Shown here: positions 59,401 through 64,000 of the stretch, one piece after another | Layout: each line of letters begins with the position of its first letter | Numbering within the stretch: the first letter of the stretch is position 1 | NCBI GenBank assembly: GCA_001179505.1 | Contig: CDMY01000269.1 | Location: 1 to 64,000 of the forward strand | Origin: Vitrella brassicaformis CCMP3155 | Taxonomy: Eukaryota; Protista; Chromerida | Direction of reading: 5' to 3' | DNA length: 64,000 nt | Program-made: the position numbers and the translations under genes | Notes under the pieces: generated by a model | Seen by the model: only the letters and a program-made list of their open reading frames with translations | Database searches by the model: none | What the model was told of the DNA's origin: nothing

Positions 59401-61100
59401 CCGTCTTGGGGTCTGCCTGTCTGGCTGGCTGTCTGGCTGGCTGTGCAATGCTGCTATTCTACAGGATATTGACGACGAAGTAATGATAATGATAATGCTG
59501 TGCTTCACACATACAGAAATATGCCCGCACACACAGACAGCCAGACGGACAGCCAGACGGACAGAGAGCTCTGCACACCGAATCACAACGCCCCATCCAC
59601 CCACCCACCAATCCAATACATAAGACACACACTCACATACACACACACACTCTCACACACACACTACACACAAATATACGCCGTCACGTTTGCACATGAG
59701 GCGCGCGTGTGGCTGGCTGCTCGACCAGGCAGCCACCCACCCAGTCAGTCCTTCATCCGCCCCTCCGGCCACCGGCTTCCTTCCTGCACACACGAGTAGG
59801 TGGGTGGGATGGTGGGTGGGTGAGCGGACGATTCCCACAATACACACATAGATACGATACGGGCAGACTGACACACACATGCAAGCAACCGATCAACAAC
59901 ACACAATCGCAACAAGGCATGCAGGCAGGCAGGGCATGCACGCTCGCAGGGTGTAGCATAGGAAGTAGTAGTATTGGCTCGTCGCCCGCGCCTTAGCCCC
60001 CCCACCGCGACCCACACCACGAGGGAGAGAGGGAGACAGCAACGGCGGCTTCCATCACGTTTGTGAGAGCCCTGGCTCGCTCGCTTCCTTCATTCGCCAA
60101 CCACCACACCAGACAGAACCACCGCCCACCACTAACCAAACCGGGCTAGCTACCTGTATATCTAACTCTCCCTCTGTCCCTCTCTGCCTCACACGCCGGC
60201 GGCTCGCAAAATCCGGGCCTTGAAGCACCGACTAAGCTGAGGGAGAGCGACTAGGTGTGTCGCGCGCTGTGTGTGGTCGTCCTGTGTGGGGCTCATGGAC
60301 GACCCGCTACGTCAGGATCCTACCTATCACGCGCTAGCTAGGCCTTTCTTCGTTCCCTCCCTTCTGACTTGATCTATCGGTCGGTCGGTTGATCATCGGT
60401 CGCTGCATTAATTCAGACGCATGGAATACATGGCATGGAATGCATGGATAGGTAAGCAAAGAGACGGGACGAACAGAGAGAGTGGCAGAGACAGATGAGA
60501 CAGACGACGAGACAAGGCGAGAAAGGAAGGAGAGAGAGGGAGTGAATGTGGGTGGGTGGGTGTCCCATTCATGTATGTGACTGTGATGTGGCGTGACGCG
60601 ATGTGACTCTGATGTGATAGTGAGGCAAAACTGAACCCCTAGCCCGGCCCGCCCCGCCCCGCCCCGCCCATCTGTCTGTGTCTNNNNNNNNNNNNNNNNN
60701 NNNNNNNNNNNNNNNNNNNNNNNNNNNNNNNNNNNNNNNNNNNNNNNNNNNNNNNNNNNNNNNNNNNNNNNNNNNNNNNNNNNNNNNNNNNNNNNNNNNN
60801 NNNNNNNNNNNNNNNNNNNNNNNNNNNNNNNNNNNNNNNNNNNNNNNNNNNNNNNNNNNNNNNNNNNNNNNNNNNNNNNNNNNNNNNNNNNNNNNNNNNN
60901 NNNNNNNNNNNNNNNNNNNNNNNNNNNNNNNNNNNNNNNNNNNNNNNNNNNNNNNNNNNNNNNNNNNNNNNNNNNNNNNNNNNCCCCGCCCCGCCCCGCC
61001 CATCTGTCTGTGTCTGTCTGTGCGCCCCCCCATACCCCGCACCGCCCTCCCGAGCTCTGTACAACACAAACGGTTAATGAGCAAGTCAGTGACACTCTCC
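56500..61100. repeat. Microsatellite-rich non-coding tract with (CA)n, (GA)n, (CAGA)n, (GGAT)n and (CCCT)n
   Basis: No coherent GC3-biased exon found; ORFs here translate as repeat-derived HT/VC/TDRQ strings. Confidence 0.6.
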
Positions 61101-61164
61101 CCTCCCTCCCTGTGTCTCTCCCCTCTCCCTCTCTCCTCTCCTCTCATAACACGTGTGTATGGCC

Positions 61165-64000
61165 TTAAAAGAAGCCCCACACTCCTTTCGGCAGGTTCCT
61201 GTCCTCGCTTGTGACACTCGGGTTGCTCTCCGCCCTCTCTACCGCCGTTTGCTCGCCGCTCGCCGCCTCATCCAGCCGCTGCTCTGCCTGTGGCCGTGAT
61301 GGCGATGGCGGCCGCCTGGTGTCCCCCTCCTGTTGCTGCTGATGTGGCCGCGCCCTCTCTGCCCGGCTGTCAGCCGCCGCTTGCCGTGATGATGACCGGT
61401 GGCTGTCGGTTTCGTCCTCGAACCTGTGCAGGAAGGGGTCTTTGTAGGGCGGCTTGGGCGTCACAAGCTTGGCCGTGTTGCCCTTTCTCATCGCCACAGA
61501 CATCGGCGGCGGGGGCGGCGCCACAACACTGAGCTCCTCCTGTTGCCCTTGTTGGTCCTGGCTGGCTAGGGGGGTGGCTAGCGATGATACTGGTTGAGAT
61601 GGTGGGGAAAAAGAGGGCGGCGGGAGGTCAATTCCGGCGTCTTGTAGGGCTTTGAGCGGGTTGTTGAGCATCTTGCCGACCGCCTCGATGCCGGCGTTGA
61701 TCATGGAGCCGACGTCGCCGCGCATGAGATGGTCCTTGGGAGTCTCACCGCCACTTGACGAGTCCGGCTGAGGAACAGATGGACGGATGGGCGAAGAAAG
61801 GAGTGTTTGCTGAGGCGTGTGTAGTGTTCCCCCAGACTGACCTTCTTGGCGACGACCGTGACGAACACGCCCTTTTGTATCTTCTTCATGACTTGGTAGC
61901 CGGCCCTGAGCAGGCCAACACACACATGCACACACACGCAGTGCAGTGCATCAAATCAAGGGAGGGTCTCTCCTTCTCGCTGTCGCCCATTCCGTCTGCC
62001 CTGCCCACTCACTTGCTGAAGTATCTGTGCAGGTCGACGGTGCACCAGTCCTTGAGATAAGGCTCGATGTAGGTCGTTATCTCAGGAAGCTGACACACAG
62101 ACACACACAGACACACACACATCCACCCTCATCCCCCGCCCAACCCGCTCGCGCACTTACCGCGAGCTGCCTCCGAATGATGGGGCTCTCAGGGTCCTGG
62201 TCGACCAGCACGAATCGCCCGCCCGGCTTGAGAATGCGGAGCCCCTCCTGCAGGATCTTGAACGTCACGCCCTTGGGCAGCTCGTGCGACACGGCGAACA
62301 TCGTGACCATGTCGAACGTGTCGTTGTCGAAGAAGGTGCGCTCGCCGGCGGCATGGTGGAACTCCATGTGGGGATATCGATACCGGGCTACCGCTATCAT
62401 GTGGGGGGAGAGATCCACACCTGCAGGGCACGCACAGATACACAGACAGAAGCCCACCAGAGGAGGGAGGTCTCTGGCATGCCTCAGTGGGTGCGGGGCG
62501 TTGTGCAGAGTTACCTACCTTCGACAGCCGCGCCCTGGTACTTGGTCTGCAGGAGAGCTGTCGAGTCGCCCGTGCCACAACCAATATCCAGCACCCTGAC
62601 AGCCACAACTCACAACACACATGTCATACCGCCCCGCCCCGCCCCTCCTTGACTCGCTGATTGTCTCACCTTGGTTTGTCGACGGTCGGCAGCAGGTTTG
62701 CTCTGGGGAAGGCGTTTCGCCCCAGTGTGGCTTCGGCCTCCCGCACGAAGAATGCGCTGTCGTGGTGGTGCTCGTGGCTGTGGAGCGGCTGGAACTGGTG
62801 GCCGACGCCCAGCTCGATCTCGGTCCCGGTCTCCTCGAGCGCCTCGCTCCTGTAGCACGCTGTGCCCTGGAAGAGCGTCATGGTCGCCTTCATCGCTGCA
62901 GACTGCTCCACTGCCTGGGGGTGGGGTGGGTGCGCAGAGAGGGAGAGAGACACGTATGGACGCGTGTGTGTGTGGTGAGTTGACTGACTGACTGACTGAC
63001 TGACCTGTGTGATGCATAGGTTGCCCTCAAGTATGCCGTGGATGGGTGCCTCGAAGTACTTGGGGATCTCTGTGCGGGGGTCGCGCGCTGCTCGCACCTT
63101 GTCGTCCCAATTCAACCACTGTATCCGACCGACAGAGGCAGCAACACATCACATCCCATCACATCACATCCCACACACACACATGCGTTCGCAGCCCAGG
63201 CAGTCAGTGGCAGTGTGTGGGGTGTGCGAGCGTAGCGTACAGTGAGGTAGTTGGACTGTTCCCAGTTGACTCCCCTGCTGGTGGAGGCCACCTTCATGTG
63301 GTCACGGATCGCACGCAGGATCCCCTGGATCAGAAAGTTCCTGCACACACAACACACATGCACCCCAAGCCAAGCCATGCAGGTGTGCATGCGCCACACC
63401 GCCATGACTGACTGACTAACCTGGGCCATGTTTTCCGCAAGTTCCGCAGGTAGTTCTGCCGCGCCCGCGTGACGCGGTCCTTGACCCACTTCCTCGAGCA
63501 CTTCTGCCGCGCCCGCTGCATCTCTCGCCGCTCCCACGACAGGCCATCATCACCATCTACCACATCGTCTGTAGCCGCAGACGCAGGCCGGCTCACACCC
63601 AAACCACCCGGCGGCGTCGGATACAGCGGCCTACTGCTGCTGCTGCTAGTGTCTTCCCGGTCCTCGGGCGCGAGCAGCTCACCGCCGGCGATGGTCACGT
63701 CGTCCTCGACCTGCCTGACGATCGCGTCGAGCTCCTGCATCTCCTGCTCCATCTCTGCCTCCCGCTTCTTCGGGCCAACCGGCGGCTCCGCCACCACACG
63801 CAGAGACGTCTTGGACGCCCTGCTTGATGGAGATCGGGGTCGAGATGCGGACGAGAGGAGGGAGGGGAGGGGACGGGCGGCGAAGGCGGCTGGCCTGCCT
63901 CGCCGGCTGCTCAAGGTGAAGGGCGCTCCGTTCTCAGGAGGGAGGGAGGACCTGCTGAGTGTGTGTGACCAGACGGCCAGACAGGACAGGCGGACGAGCA
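61165..64000 (-). CDS. Class I SAM-dependent methyltransferase (Methyltransf_11/25-like; resembles a cyanobacterial/plastid family), 5' end outside the window
   Basis: VLDIGCGTGDST (motif I), GVDLSPHMIAVA, FDMVTMFAVSHELP and LRILKPGGRFVLVD. Upstream PKYFEAPIHGILEGNLCITQAVEQSAA recalls the YxxPFHAYxxGNL motif. Low-complexity N- and C-terminal extensions. Confidence 0.85.

Larger units (their letters stand above)
11780..60983. other. Ten 300-N scaffold gaps: 11780-12079, 21633-21932, 23451-23750, 25706-26005, 32105-32404, 32911-33210, 51196-51495, 55077-55376, 58583-58882, 60684-60983
   Basis: Uniform 300-N runs, mostly flanked by poly-C/G or microsatellites; probably placeholder lengths. Confidence 0.95.

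Noticed and set aside
60653-61015. Direct repeat CCCCGCCCCGCCCCGCCCATCTGTCTGTGTCT flanking a gap
   Set aside because: The same sequence on both sides of a 300-N gap indicates overlapping contig ends, which is an assembly artefact.

Overview
This is eukaryotic, GC-rich, intron-dense nuclear DNA. It is most consistent with a chromerid alga such as Vitrella brassicaformis; this is inferred from a plastid one-helix protein with a bipartite leader and from microsatellite-filled spliceosomal introns, and was not verified by search. Ten 300-N scaffold gaps are present. About 22 protein-coding genes can be reconstructed by eye: PRA1, a PLOD-type glycosyltransferase, a TMTC-type O-mannosyltransferase, a divergent crotonase, an HLIP/OHP, GlyRS, two tandem secreted Cys-rich paralogues, a triple-CCCH RNA-binding protein, RPL17, a CKK (CAMSAP/Patronin-like) protein, a DUF1857/SRPBCC protein, a METTL21-like methyltransferase, a DUF442 protein, NUDT9, a SHIPPO-like protein, a partial SAM methyltransferase and several hypothetical proteins. 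No tRNA, rRNA, CRISPR array or recognisable mobile element was seen. Four signals stand out. (1) The 9-mer TGCGAGCTT recurs in 5' regions, mostly inside short divergent promoters. (2) Many introns have (CA)n at the 5' end and (GT)n at the 3' end and could fold back on themselves. (3) A tandem pair of secreted proteins carries a duplicated CCxxCHxxDxxCW module with exchanged collagen-like versus mucin-like linkers. (4) GlyRS has an open, acid-free upstream extension. All exon models are manual and have no transcript support.
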